Source: Planctomycetota bacterium (GTDB lineage Bacteria; Planctomycetota; MHYJ01; WSZJ01). From it: DNA of 64,000 nucleotides. Position 1 is the stretch's first letter; every line of letters begins with the position of its first letter. The notes under the pieces were generated by a model. The model ran no database searches and was not told the DNA's origin. It was given only the letters and a program-made list of their open reading frames with translations. The translations under genes and the position numbers were made by a program. This document shows positions 29,679-39,982 of the stretch, piece by piece. The stretch is from NCBI GenBank assembly GCA_038060895.1, contig JBBTCT010000007.1, forward strand, positions 164,023-228,022, read 5' to 3'.

Positions 29679-32600
29679 CTATTTCTTCCTCACTTCGTCC
29701 ACATCCGACAGCGCCCCGCCCTCCATGGCCATCCGGTACAGGTGCACCGCGTCGCCTTTCACCACTCCCCCGCGCAATTTCCCGCGCAGCAGCTTCGCCC
29801 CCGCGAACCGGTCGAGCTCCCACGCCATGCGGAACACCGGGATCCACGCGGCGCCGTCGGCGCCCGTGCGGACGGAGTCGTTCCCCGCGCTCGGGCTCAC
29901 CCAGTGGCGCTCGCGCGCGACCGGGAGCCACTGCTCCTGGCCGTCCTTCTCGAAGAGCCCTTCCCACTCGAACGTCCACGCGCCCCACTCGGGGATGCGG
30001 CGGCGTGAAGCGAGGAGTTCGAGGACGAGCTGCTCGCCTTCCTTCGGTGCCGCCGCTTCAATGAAGATTTCCCCGTCGCGTGGCGCCTGCCACACGGCGC
30101 TGATCGTGCGGTCGCCGTCGGCGGGGAGATCGACGGTGCGGACCTGCCAGCGGCCGCAGCGGTAGGCGGGGACGTCGCGGCCAGGACGGACGATGACGGT
30201 GTGGGCGCCGGCGGTGAGCGACGGGACGGAGAGTTCACCGCGGGTACGGAAGAGCGTTTCGCTGAGCACGAGCCTCCCATCGACGGTGACCTCGACGGTC
30301 GCGGCGCGCGCACCCTCGATCGCGACGTCCTCGAACGCGAGCCGGACGGAACCGAATTTCGCGCGCCCCATCGCGTCGCCCACGACGCAGGGCATCTCCT
30401 GGCCGAGCGGAAGCGGGCGCCAGAGCGGGCCGGGTTTGAGCCCTGGTTTGCGCCACGACGCGGCGCGGGAGAGCTCGATCTGCTCGGTCGCGCCCAGAAG
30501 CGTCAGGTCCACCGGCACGAGAGGGAGTTCGGGAAGTTCCCTTGAAGCGCCCTCCGAGTATTCCCACGGGGTGCTCCAGGTGGCGCGCGTCGGCCAGAGG
30601 TAATCGGGGCGGGGCTCCTCATCCCACAACCCTGTCGCCCTGCGCGTCCGCGTCAGGAACGCCGTGTACGGGAAGTCGTCGAGCGAGCCGACGGTGTGCA
30701 GCGCGACGTGCGCCGCCGGACCCGCCTTGCGCTCCCACGCAATCCAGAACCCGTCGCTCCACGCTCTCACCGCCGCGTCGCTTCCCCCCTCGGGAATCGC
30801 AAGCTCGATCGAACGCGACGTCCAGAGCACCGCGCGCGGCCGGTCGGCGTCGAACGTCCGCGGGTCGCGCGTCCACTTCAGCGCAATCCTCGCGCTCGTC
30901 CGGCCGCCCGGGCCGCCGACGCTCGCTTCGAGGAACTCCGACGGCGGCGTCGCCGCTTCGTCGGGGGCTTCCCACATGAGGCGGAAGCGCGCGAGTTCGG
31001 CGTTGAGCCCCGGATTGCGGTACGTGTCGTCGATGGCAGGGACCATGCGCCGCCAGTCGTCGCGCGCTTCGGTGACGGACAGGGGAAGGGGTTTCGGTGC
31101 GCCGAAGCGTTCGAGGGTGACGAGGATGGGGCCGGGACCGGCGGAGAGGACGCGCGCGCGGAGGGCGACGCAGTCGGAGGGGATGGCGACGGTCCAGTGG
31201 TCGAGCAGTGGTTCGAGCTGGAGGCGGGACGGTCCGCGGCCGGGGACGATCGCTTCGAAGATGAGGTCGCGCGACGGGTCGCGTCCCGGGGTTTCGATGC
31301 CGAGGCGTTTTCCGCCGAGTCCCTCGGTGCGCCACGTCCACGTGGTGCCGCTGACGATCGCGCGGCCGCCGAGGCGCGAGACGCCCACCGAGAGCCAGGC
31401 GCCGCCGGAGTGCGGGCGGACGCGGACGATGTAGTCGCCGGCCGGGAGGTCGGGGCCGAAATGCACTCGCGTCTGGAGCGTGCTTCCGGTGAGCTGCGGG
31501 CTCGCGTCCACGAACGTCACGCGCTCGCCGGGGGCGTCCGCGCCGACGATCCGCCGCCGCGGTTCCGTGCGCGCGCCGGTCCAGGCGCGGCGGCGCACGG
31601 CCCACGAAGGCGCTTCGATGTCGATGTCAAGCGGCGAGGGCGATTCGCCCTCGAACTGCGCGTTCAGCGACACCCAGGTCTCGACGCCGTCATGGGCGAC
31701 TTCGAACTCGGCGGGGATGACCGGAAGCGCGCGCCAGGCTCGGCGCAGGAGCTGCGCGAATCGCGGGTCGGGGTTTTCGTCGCCCTGCACGGGGCGGTTG
31801 ATGAACTCCGTTCCTTCGGGCCACGGTCCTTCGACCCACGGGAGGCGCGAGTAGGTGCCGTCCGGGTTTTTCACAAGCAGGTCTGCCGGGTCCGGCAAGC
31901 CGGGCTCGTAGAGAATCGGCACCGGCGGCTCGTCCATCTTCAGCGGCCGGTACGCCGACTCCGGCCACGGCGCATTCCACGGGAACAGCCGGTTCCGCGA
32001 AATCGCCCCGCGCGGCCGCGCCGGCCAGAGCGCCAGCGCGCTCCCCGCGTGCCGCCGCGGCATCGCCGCTTCACGGTCCCATAGCGCATCCGCCCCCGTT
32101 GCCCCCCGCAACGGCGCCTGCACAGCGGGACTCGGCAGGTCGATCACGATCGCAGCCCCCGCCGCCCGCAGGTCGCCCTCGTTCGACGGCCGCAGGTAGT
32201 GCCACACCTTCGTGTCGTCCGGCGGCTCCGGCTCGACGAAGCACAGCGTCCGGTCGGGCGTCTCTTCGGGCACGAGAACCAGCGGACGCATCTGCGGAAG
32301 CGTGTGCGACGGCAGGACCAGGGCCGGAGATTCCGCGCGGACTTCCATTACGAGCGCTTCGTCGGGGATCTCGATGAAGAGCTGCCCGGCGCCGGTGATC
32401 GTCCACGGCTCGCGCGGCTCTTCGGGCGGCAGCTCCTTCCCGCCCGGCGCCGCCGGCGGAAGACCTTCGAGCCGCGCGCTCCATCCTTCGGGCACGCGTT
32501 CGAGATCCGACGGGGTCAGCGGGATTTCGATGCGTTCGTCCGCGATCGCCAACCGTCCTGCCCCCACGATCCGGTAGCGCAAGGTCACGCTCGCAGGCGG

Positions 32601-33920
32601 CGGTTCGCCCACGCGAGACATCCCCCGCACCCGCAACTTCACCGTCGCCCCGGCTGCGGCGGCGCCTGCAGACCAGTCGAAGCGCAGCACGTCAGATCCC
32701 GTCGCCCCCGCAGGTCCTTCCGTCGGCGCCGTGCCGAGCCGTCCCGCAACCCCGAATCCTGCGCCGGCCGCGCGAAGCGGTGCGACCTGGTCGAGCGGCC
32801 CGATCAGCCACGCGACCGCTGCGCCCGAGGCGGGCGCCACCCAGAGTTCGGGCGTCCCGTCCCCCGGAATGAAGGCCATCCGCACTTCGGCCTGGCCACC
32901 GGCGGTCTTGCGCACCACGAGAGTCACCGGCGGCTCGAGTTTCTCGCGCCACACGGACTTCCCCGCCACCAGCCGCACGCGCGCCGATTCCGGCAGCCGC
33001 CCCGGCACGCGCTTTTCGATCTCCACGTCTCCCGGCCCGCACGTGTCCACCCGCAGCTCGTATTCGCCGGCGTGGTCCACGACGAACGCCAGCGGTTTCG
33101 ATGGCCCCAGCCGCAGCCCTGGCGTCCGCTCCGGTCCTTCTTCGTCCCCCTCCACCGGCGCGTCCACGTCCCCGGGCTGCACGTCGCGCCGGAACAGTTT
33201 CACGTCCTTCAGGTCCTTCCCGCTCTCGGCCGCGGCCGCAACCGTCACCCACTTCCACCCGGTCAACCGGTCGATGACTTCCTGGGGAGCGATCGTGCTG
33301 GGAAGCGCGGTGCGGGCCTCGAGCCGGTTCTCACGAGCTTCCAGCAATGCCGATTCCTGGTGGCGTGCGCCGGGCTGGAGCAGGGTCCGGGTATAGAAGC
33401 GTACGAACGTGGGGAGGGATTTCGGCTCGACGAGGGTGAACGCGAGCCGGACGGTGTCCGGCGGGAAGTCCTCGCGGCGGAGCGTCAGGTTGCGCGGCCC
33501 TGCGAGGGTGAGTCCGCCCGGCATCAGGTAGCGCTCCATCGAATCGGCGCCGACCGGCACGACCTTTTCCGAAATCGGACGGCGCCATCCTGAGATCGCC
33601 AGGATTTTCCCATGCTTGTCGAACCACTCGAGCTTCAGCTGCACGTCGGTGCGCGGCTCGATGTTCTGGACGACGAGGGAGGCGATCAGCCTGTCGGAAA
33701 CATCGTCTACCGAAATGAAGAGCCGGTCGCCGGCGGCCATTTCATAGAAGAGACGGCGGCCGAGGAGCTCGGCTTCCTGCTTGGCGACGGCCTTTTCGCG
33801 GATGTAGAGCTGAATCACGGCGGCGGAGCCGCCCGTGAAAATGGCCATGGCCAGGGCGGCGAAGCCCATGCCCCTCAGGGACAACTTCCGGCGGACGACG
33901 GGGCGGGCGTCGAATCTCAT
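29679..33920 (-). CDS. Large (1413 aa) N-terminally membrane-anchored, beta-rich hypothetical protein of the PGA locus
   Basis: Basic N-terminus plus one TM (GMGFAALAMAIFTGGSAAVIQLY); ATGA overlap with the pgsC-like gene. Confidence 0.8.
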   Translation of the reverse strand: MRFDARPVVRRKLSLRGMGFAALAMAIFTGGSAAVIQLYIREKAVAKQEAELLGRRLFYEMAAGDRLFISVDDVSDRLIASLVVQNIEPRTDVQLKLEWFDKHGKILAISGWRRPISEKVVPVGADSMERYLMPGGLTLAGPRNLTLRREDFPPDTVRLAFTLVEPKSLPTFVRFYTRTLLQPGARHQESALLEARENRLEARTALPSTIAPQEVIDRLTGWKWVTVAAAAESGKDLKDVKLFRRDVQPGDVDAPVEGDEEGPERTPGLRLGPSKPLAFVVDHAGEYELRVDTCGPGDVEIEKRVPGRLPESARVRLVAGKSVWREKLEPPVTLVVRKTAGGQAEVRMAFIPGDGTPELWVAPASGAAVAWLIGPLDQVAPLRAAGAGFGVAGRLGTAPTEGPAGATGSDVLRFDWSAGAAAAGATVKLRVRGMSRVGEPPPASVTLRYRIVGAGRLAIADERIEIPLTPSDLERVPEGWSARLEGLPPAAPGGKELPPEEPREPWTITGAGQLFIEIPDEALVMEVRAESPALVLPSHTLPQMRPLVLVPEETPDRTLCFVEPEPPDDTKVWHYLRPSNEGDLRAAGAAIVIDLPSPAVQAPLRGATGADALWDREAAMPRRHAGSALALWPARPRGAISRNRLFPWNAPWPESAYRPLKMDEPPVPILYEPGLPDPADLLVKNPDGTYSRLPWVEGPWPEGTEFINRPVQGDENPDPRFAQLLRRAWRALPVIPAEFEVAHDGVETWVSLNAQFEGESPSPLDIDIEAPSWAVRRRAWTGARTEPRRRIVGADAPGERVTFVDASPQLTGSTLQTRVHFGPDLPAGDYIVRVRPHSGGAWLSVGVSRLGGRAIVSGTTWTWRTEGLGGKRLGIETPGRDPSRDLIFEAIVPGRGPSRLQLEPLLDHWTVAIPSDCVALRARVLSAGPGPILVTLERFGAPKPLPLSVTEARDDWRRMVPAIDDTYRNPGLNAELARFRLMWEAPDEAATPPSEFLEASVGGPGGRTSARIALKWTRDPRTFDADRPRAVLWTSRSIELAIPEGGSDAAVRAWSDGFWIAWERKAGPAAHVALHTVGSLDDFPYTAFLTRTRRATGLWDEEPRPDYLWPTRATWSTPWEYSEGASRELPELPLVPVDLTLLGATEQIELSRAASWRKPGLKPGPLWRPLPLGQEMPCVVGDAMGRAKFGSVRLAFEDVAIEGARAATVEVTVDGRLVLSETLFRTRGELSVPSLTAGAHTVIVRPGRDVPAYRCGRWQVRTVDLPADGDRTISAVWQAPRDGEIFIEAAAPKEGEQLVLELLASRRRIPEWGAWTFEWEGLFEKDGQEQWLPVARERHWVSPSAGNDSVRTGADGAAWIPVFRMAWELDRFAGAKLLRGKLRGGVVKGDAVHLYRMAMEGGALSDVDEVRKK

Positions 33921-36900
33921 TTCCGCCTCCCGACCAGGAAGAACCGCCTCAGCCTCAGCAGCTCGTCGATCGTCTCAGCCCTCCCCGACGCCCCGAGCTC
34001 CTGCCCGCGCACCACCGTCGCCGACAGGTTCACGATCGCCGCCTCGGACCCGTCCGGCGACGCGAACGCGATGATCGGCGCTTCCGCGTTCGCGTCCACG
34101 ATCAGCAGGTCCCGCCACCCGGCTTGACGCGCTGCGTCAATCCCGGCGGCGAGCTCCGCCAGATTCCCGGAACGCGCGTAGGAAGCCACGCCTTCCAGCG
34201 CGGCCTGGAGCGTTTCCGGCATGTCCGGAACCGGCTCCAGCTTCGATTCGCGCCACCAGGTGACCACCGACGTGCCGCCGTCGGCGCTTCCCAGCTGCCT
34301 CAACGCCGCGATCGCGGCCGGGTCGTCCTTGGGACCGCGCAGGGCGCGGCGGACGTCCGGGTCGGCCCAGAGGCCGGAGATGCCTTCGTACCGGAGGAAG
34401 CGCCGGTAGCGGGACTGGAGGGGAGCGCCGATGTCGTAGCCGCCGGCCTCGTCGGGAGCCTGGACGCGGATCGCCCAGCCGAGAGTGGAGAAGATGCGAA
34501 GCCACGGTGACGTAGCCGCGGCCGCGGATTCCCTCGTCGGAAGAATGACATCCGGCGGCACCAGCACGCCGTCGTTCCCGTCCTCCGGCATGCTGCGGCC
34601 GCGGACCTGCAGGACGTCCGGCGGATCCGTCCCTGCGACGCTCGCGCGCTCGACGAGGACCTGGTGGGCGATATGAAAGAGACTCATCCGGTCCAGCTGT
34701 TTGGCGACGTCCGGCGAGAGGATTCCGGAGTCGGAGGCGCCGAGCCCAGCGATCGTCAGGGCGCGGCACTTCCCGCCCAGGTAGACCTGAGTCCCGAGCC
34801 TGTGAGAGTTCGGGTACTTGCGCGGGCTCGGCACTTCGACGTGCAGTTCCTTCCAGTCTCCGAGGCCGAGGACAACGGCGCCGTCGAGCTCCAGGTCGCC
34901 CGCGCGGTTGCGCAGGACGAGAAAGCGCCGGTCGCCGCCGGGCTCGACGATGTAGTCCATCTCGAGGCCGAGCACGCGCGCGAGAAAATTCACGGGGGAC
35001 AGTTCGGTGGGCCCGATCGGGTGCGTCCGGGAGGCTTCCTGTGCCGCGACGAGGAGGCGCGCGAGTCCCGCCTTGAGGACGATGAGCCGCGCCTTCGTCC
35101 ACTGCGTTGGCGACACGGTGAGCCCGGGCTTGCGCGCCTGCATCCCGTCCATGTAGGGCCCGAGGTAGCGCTCCAGCGGCGCCATCGCTTCCCCGACCTG
35201 GGCTGTGTCGGGCACGAGTGCGACGAGGAGGTTGGAAGCGGCGGTGAGGTCGAGACGCAGGCGTTCGTATCCGCCCCGGGCGTGGGCCGCGATCCACCGG
35301 TGCCGTGGCGCTTCGATCCGCGCCGGCGCATGGACGTCGAGCGAAGGGACGACGCGGCGGAGGTCGGCGACGGAGAGGGTGTCGTCCGGAAGCGACCCGT
35401 GGACGTCCAGCGAGGCGATGCCGGGGGGACTTCCCTCGATCTCGATGGCGGGTCGCAGCGGCATGGAGCGGAGCGCCCAGGCGGTGAGGGAGTCGAAGCG
35501 CGGCGTGGCGGCAAGCTCTTCGGCGCGGGACCAGTTGTTGAGGACGATGACGGAGGGCTGGAGGGACTTGGAGAGGGCGGAGACGGCGAGGAAGGTGGGG
35601 AGAGGTTCGCCGCCGGGGGCGGTGAGGAGCATGGTGCGCGTGCCTGTGGTGGTGAGGCGGATGAAGACAGTTTCGAGGTCGGAGTCTTCGGGGGACTTGG
35701 GACCGATGAGGGCGTAGGGGGTGGCGCCGGCGGGGGTGATGAAACGAACGGAGGCGTCGGCGCCGGACAGTTCTGCGGCGGCGGCGCGGGCGCATTCCTC
35801 GGGGGGGGAGCCGCGGCGGAGTTCGTCGAGGACGCGGTCGGCCGCCTGGGCCATGCGGCGGCGCGTGACGACGGCCTGCTCGATCTGCTGGATGTCTCCG
35901 AGGCCGGGAGAGAGGCGCTCCAGGACGGCGAACTCGATGGGGATGTCCTCCGCCACGGGGATGGCGCCCTGCCCGCCACCGAACGTCCGGGTCTCGATCC
36001 AGCGCGAAGCGGAAGCGAGAGTGAAGGAGACGACGGTGCCGAGGAGAAACGTGGCGGCGGAGACGTAGAGCGTGGGCCAGAGGGTCGTGCGCGAGGACTT
36101 GTTCCAGAGCTTGATGGCCAGAAGGGACGACAGGATGTAACCGAAGCCGAGAAAGTCGGTGGCGTTCCACTGGGGGACGGCCAGGTAGAGAATCCAGCCG
36201 ATCACGATCTTGAGAAACACGCAGACGGCGAAGCAGAACGTGACGAGCCGCGGTCCGGCCCAGGTGATGCGGTTGAGTCCGGGAAGCCTCACCAGGTGGC
36301 GGCCGACCCAGACGACCAGGAGAACTTCCGCGAGCGTGCCGAGAAGCCGCGTGGGCTGGAGGAGGGAGATTGCGATCAGGGGAGGAAGAAGAATGCCGCC
36401 GAAATCCCACCCTTCGAGCAGGTTCATGCGCGCGGCCAGGAGGCAGCCGCAGATGATCATGATCTGGAGCTTCGCCGACTGCGCGAAGTCGATCGAGCTG
36501 TCCTCGTAAACGGCGCCCAGCTGGGCCAGGTTGTAGTTCGTGAGCGGCACGAGCACGCCATAGATCACGGCCAGCACGCCCAGCGTGCAGCCGCCGATCT
36601 GCATCAGCCCTTTCACCATTCCCGGCTTCCACATCAGATTCGAAGCGAGCGGCACGACGACGAGCCCGATCGCGCCGAAGTCGCGGATGCGCGCGAGCAC
36701 GTCCGTCCGGCCCGGGAAAAAGATCCGCGCCGCCTGCGGCAGCAGGAATTCCTCCACGGCAAGGCGCACCACGAGCGCGACCAGCACGACCATGAAAAAT
36801 CGTTCTCGGCCGAATAGCGGTGTGTGCGTCCGGAACTTCCACGCGCTGTTCGAGATGACCTTGACGATGACGGTCGTGATCACGGCTTCGCCCACGATCG

Positions 36901-37072
36901 TGAGCGCGGACATCGGGTAGATGACGAAGATCGGCGCGAGGTAGCCAGGGACGACCAGGCCGGAGAAGACCCAGCCGTAGCGCTCGAACAGGAGGGTGGT
37001 GATGAAGACTCCGACGCAGACGGAGATGACGAGGGAGTGCTGGAGACCGTTGGGGGAGAAGAGAGGGATCAT
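33917..37072 (-). CDS. pgsC: PgsC/CapC-family membrane protein with two tandem CapC domains fused to a ~700-aa extracytoplasmic region
   Basis: ERYGWVFSGLVVPGYLA, LFGRERF and GAIGLVVVPLASN (CapC motifs GLVVPGYL, LYGRRKF, IGIIVPGLIAN as remembered); second copy GWDFGGILLPPLIA...GFGYILSSLLA. Confidence 0.8.
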   Translation of the reverse strand: MIPLFSPNGLQHSLVISVCVGVFITTLLFERYGWVFSGLVVPGYLAPIFVIYPMSALTIVGEAVITTVIVKVISNSAWKFRTHTPLFGRERFFMVVLVALVVRLAVEEFLLPQAARIFFPGRTDVLARIRDFGAIGLVVVPLASNLMWKPGMVKGLMQIGGCTLGVLAVIYGVLVPLTNYNLAQLGAVYEDSSIDFAQSAKLQIMIICGCLLAARMNLLEGWDFGGILLPPLIAISLLQPTRLLGTLAEVLLVVWVGRHLVRLPGLNRITWAGPRLVTFCFAVCVFLKIVIGWILYLAVPQWNATDFLGFGYILSSLLAIKLWNKSSRTTLWPTLYVSAATFLLGTVVSFTLASASRWIETRTFGGGQGAIPVAEDIPIEFAVLERLSPGLGDIQQIEQAVVTRRRMAQAADRVLDELRRGSPPEECARAAAAELSGADASVRFITPAGATPYALIGPKSPEDSDLETVFIRLTTTGTRTMLLTAPGGEPLPTFLAVSALSKSLQPSVIVLNNWSRAEELAATPRFDSLTAWALRSMPLRPAIEIEGSPPGIASLDVHGSLPDDTLSVADLRRVVPSLDVHAPARIEAPRHRWIAAHARGGYERLRLDLTAASNLLVALVPDTAQVGEAMAPLERYLGPYMDGMQARKPGLTVSPTQWTKARLIVLKAGLARLLVAAQEASRTHPIGPTELSPVNFLARVLGLEMDYIVEPGGDRRFLVLRNRAGDLELDGAVVLGLGDWKELHVEVPSPRKYPNSHRLGTQVYLGGKCRALTIAGLGASDSGILSPDVAKQLDRMSLFHIAHQVLVERASVAGTDPPDVLQVRGRSMPEDGNDGVLVPPDVILPTRESAAAATSPWLRIFSTLGWAIRVQAPDEAGGYDIGAPLQSRYRRFLRYEGISGLWADPDVRRALRGPKDDPAAIAALRQLGSADGGTSVVTWWRESKLEPVPDMPETLQAALEGVASYARSGNLAELAAGIDAARQAGWRDLLIVDANAEAPIIAFASPDGSEAAIVNLSATVVRGQELGASGRAETIDELLRLRRFFLVGRRK

Positions 37073-37080
37073 TGGGGTGC

Positions 37081-37237
37081 GAAAGGAGGAAGGGCAATGT
37101 CGAAATTATTAATATCGAATATCTAATATCCAATATCCAATTGAAGGACACGGCTGTCGTTTCCGTGCCTTTCATTGGATATCAGATATTCGATATTAAT
37201 AATTTCGATATTGATCCGTTCCCCTCGCCCTCCTTTC
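37081..37237. repeat. AT-rich long inverted repeat built of AATATCN heptamers
   Basis: ATGTCGAAATTATTAATATCGAATATCTAATATCCAATATCCAAT mirrored by ATTGGATATCAGATATTCGATATTAATAATTTCGATAT. Confidence 0.85.
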
Positions 37238-37240
37238 TCC

Positions 37241-39979
37241 CTAAGGCAGTTGTCCCGGCACCGGCGCCGGCATCCCGCTCCCGCCCGCATCCGACTCCCG
37301 CGCCCCTTCCGGCGCCCCGCTCGAGTCCTCCAGCCGGTTCGAGACCTTCGCGAACGCCATCCGCACCGACGTCCCCACCGCCTCGTCGAACTCCGTCGTC
37401 ATCTGCCCCCCCGCCGCCTCCACGATCTTCTGAAGCCCGTCCGCCGCGGCGTACTTCATCGTCGTCCCGGTCGGAAGCGTGTTCCGCATCCGCGAGATCG
37501 CGACCATCGGCGACCACCCCGGGTCGTTGATCTTCACCGAAATCTCCGCCCCTTCGTCCAGCGCCCCGATCGTCACCGTCGAACCCCGCGGGCTCGACGA
37601 CAGCGCCTGCTCGATGACCTGCATCAGCGCCTGCCGCAACGCGTTCGGTCGCGCCGTGCAGAACGGAACCACGGTCTGCCCGTCGTACGCAAAAATGATC
37701 CCGAGCTGCTCCGCCATTCCCGCGGCGGCCGCCATCGCCCGTTTCGCCTCCGACACCAGGTCCGTCGGCGTCAGTTCGTCGGCGATCTTGTCCGCGCTGA
37801 TCCCCGCCAGCATCGCCATCCGCCGGAAACGGTCCGAAATCCCCATCGCCTGGCTCCGAATCATCTCCAGGTCCGGCTTCACCGACTCGTCGTTCGTCAC
37901 GTCCGCCACTTCCTCCGCCGACTGCGCGATCACCGTCACCGCGTTGCGCACGTCATGCACGAAATGTTCCAGCAGCTCGCTCTTCAGCCTCTCCGCCTCG
38001 TACAGGTCGCTCACCTCCGTCACCACCAGCGCGACCACGTCCGAGACCCCCTTCGCTCCCCCGCCCTTCTCGTCCCCTCCTCCCAGGTCCAGCTTGATCA
38101 GGTTCGACATGTAATGCCGCACCGGGTGCCGCTGCACGCTCGCATACAGCGTCCACCTCGCTTCGCTCCGGATCGTCTGCGCAATCCCGTGCCAGACCTG
38201 CGCGTCGTTCTGGTTCGAGATCGTCCGCAGGAATGCGATCAGCGGGTCGTCGAAGTCCACGGCAAGCTCCTCAGCCATCTTCTGGAAGCGCTTGTTGTAG
38301 ACCAGCGGCCGGCCGACGAGGTCGCAGACGAGAACACCCTCGGTCAGGCGGTCCAGGAAGCCGAGCAGGAACGTTCGCTCGATCTCGGTCTGGTCCACGG
38401 TCTTGCGGAGCACCGCCAGCTGGCTCTCCGGGTTCACGATCCCCTCGACCGTCGGGACTTCAGCCTGTGCGGCGGCCGGACCAAGACTGCCTAGCGGAAC
38501 GATGGCGCGCCCGACGAACGCCCGGTTCTCCTGCCACCATCCCTGCGGGTCCCCCTTGGGCACCATCACCAGCCACGTGGACCGCCCGGCACGCTTCGCG
38601 ATGTTCTCAACCACGACGGGAGGGCCGACGTCGGGAGGGCGATAGAAGAGCGGCCGGTCGCTCGACGCGAGCGCGGCGGCGACCACGCCCTTGGCACCCG
38701 CGGGAAACCAGTCCCACAGGTCCGTGCGGTCCTCGCGCGTCGAAAGCGCCGTGAGCGGGCGCGCCGGGTCGTCGCTGACAACCGCGGTCGCTTCGAGGTC
38801 GAGAAGAGCCCGGAAGGCCGCGACGTCGCGTTCGTCCGACGCCGGACGCGTCAGGATTGGATTCAGGACGCGGCTGCGGCCGAGCCGGACGAGGAGTTCT
38901 GCCATCCCGCGGCGGAGGAGGCGGTGGCGCTCGGCGAGCCCGAACAGGTACCCCGCGAGAAGCGTCGGCACGACCGGGACCATCGGCACGAACCACAGCG
39001 GCTGCACCCGCAGAAACCAGAGTCCCGCGAGCGCAGCGGCGGCGACGACGACCAGCGCCACCAGCCCTCGCACGGGCGACATCGTCGAAGCACCGAACCA
39101 CGCCAGCAGGAACCCGACCGCGGCGAGCGCTCCCGCGAGCCATCCAGGCGACTCGCTCGACCACCGCCCCCGCTTCAATCCGTCTGCGACCTGCGCCACC
39201 GCCCGCTCCTCCGGCAACAACTCCCCTTCGCCGGACCAGACGTCGCGCGTCGAGTCTTCCGGCGCCGCGACCCAGATGCCGCCGCGCCACGACGGAAGCG
39301 AGAGGTCGCGGTCGAGGATTCGCCAGAGCGAGATGCGCTGCTCGTCGCCGACGCGCCCGGTCAGCCAGTGCCGCACGCTGCCCGCGCCCGACAGTTCGCT
39401 CGGCGCCAGCTTCCCGAGCAGGGTCGCGCGGCCTTCGCCGTCCGTGAGCGCGGAACGGCGCCACGTGCCATCCGCGTCCGGCCGCAGGTCGAGCAGCCCC
39501 TCTTCGTACGTCTCCGAAGCAGGCCGTCCCTGCGCCGGGAAGAACGGCAGGATGGTTGCCGGCGCTTCGCGGAACGGGTCCGGGCGGCGCCGCGACGGCA
39601 CGATGACGCGCACGCCTCCGCTGCCGCCTTCCCGCAGCGTCGCAGCCAGAGGACCTCGCGCGCGATCGTCCAGCACCACGACAGCCGCGACGGCCTCTTC
39701 ACGAGCCCGGTCCAGAATCGCCCGCCAGGTCGCGGGGTCGGTTGCGTCATGGCCCTTCGTGGCCGAAGCGCCATCCACGAACACGACCCAGGTCCTGACA
39801 GTGGGCTCGTTCGACTGCGACGCGCGCCAGATCCGGTCGCCGAGGGGCTCTTCGAGGAATGCCAGCCACCCCATCCCCCACGCGATGCCCATTGAGACCC
39901 CCCAGATCGTCGCGAGCGTCGCGGCCTGCGAAGTCGGAAGGAAGCGCAGGATTCGGACGGCGGCGCGGAGGAAGCGCAT
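37241..39979 (-). CDS. CHASE2-like/TM/PAS/HisKA sensor histidine kinase with a degenerate ATPase domain
   Basis: RPDADGTWRR (CHASE2-like), TM cluster, DRLTEGVLVCDLVGRPLVYN (PAS), FVHDVRN (H-box); N and G boxes divergent. Confidence 0.8.
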   Translation of the reverse strand: MRFLRAAVRILRFLPTSQAATLATIWGVSMGIAWGMGWLAFLEEPLGDRIWRASQSNEPTVRTWVVFVDGASATKGHDATDPATWRAILDRAREEAVAAVVVLDDRARGPLAATLREGGSGGVRVIVPSRRRPDPFREAPATILPFFPAQGRPASETYEEGLLDLRPDADGTWRRSALTDGEGRATLLGKLAPSELSGAGSVRHWLTGRVGDEQRISLWRILDRDLSLPSWRGGIWVAAPEDSTRDVWSGEGELLPEERAVAQVADGLKRGRWSSESPGWLAGALAAVGFLLAWFGASTMSPVRGLVALVVVAAAALAGLWFLRVQPLWFVPMVPVVPTLLAGYLFGLAERHRLLRRGMAELLVRLGRSRVLNPILTRPASDERDVAAFRALLDLEATAVVSDDPARPLTALSTREDRTDLWDWFPAGAKGVVAAALASSDRPLFYRPPDVGPPVVVENIAKRAGRSTWLVMVPKGDPQGWWQENRAFVGRAIVPLGSLGPAAAQAEVPTVEGIVNPESQLAVLRKTVDQTEIERTFLLGFLDRLTEGVLVCDLVGRPLVYNKRFQKMAEELAVDFDDPLIAFLRTISNQNDAQVWHGIAQTIRSEARWTLYASVQRHPVRHYMSNLIKLDLGGGDEKGGGAKGVSDVVALVVTEVSDLYEAERLKSELLEHFVHDVRNAVTVIAQSAEEVADVTNDESVKPDLEMIRSQAMGISDRFRRMAMLAGISADKIADELTPTDLVSEAKRAMAAAAGMAEQLGIIFAYDGQTVVPFCTARPNALRQALMQVIEQALSSSPRGSTVTIGALDEGAEISVKINDPGWSPMVAISRMRNTLPTGTTMKYAAADGLQKIVEAAGGQMTTEFDEAVGTSVRMAFAKVSNRLEDSSGAPEGARESDAGGSGMPAPVPGQLP

Positions 39980-39982
39980 GGG

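Noticed and set aside
34137-37175. 1012-aa alternative-frame ORF
   Set aside because: Off-frame shadow of the pgsC-like gene with Arg/Pro-rich nonsense composition.
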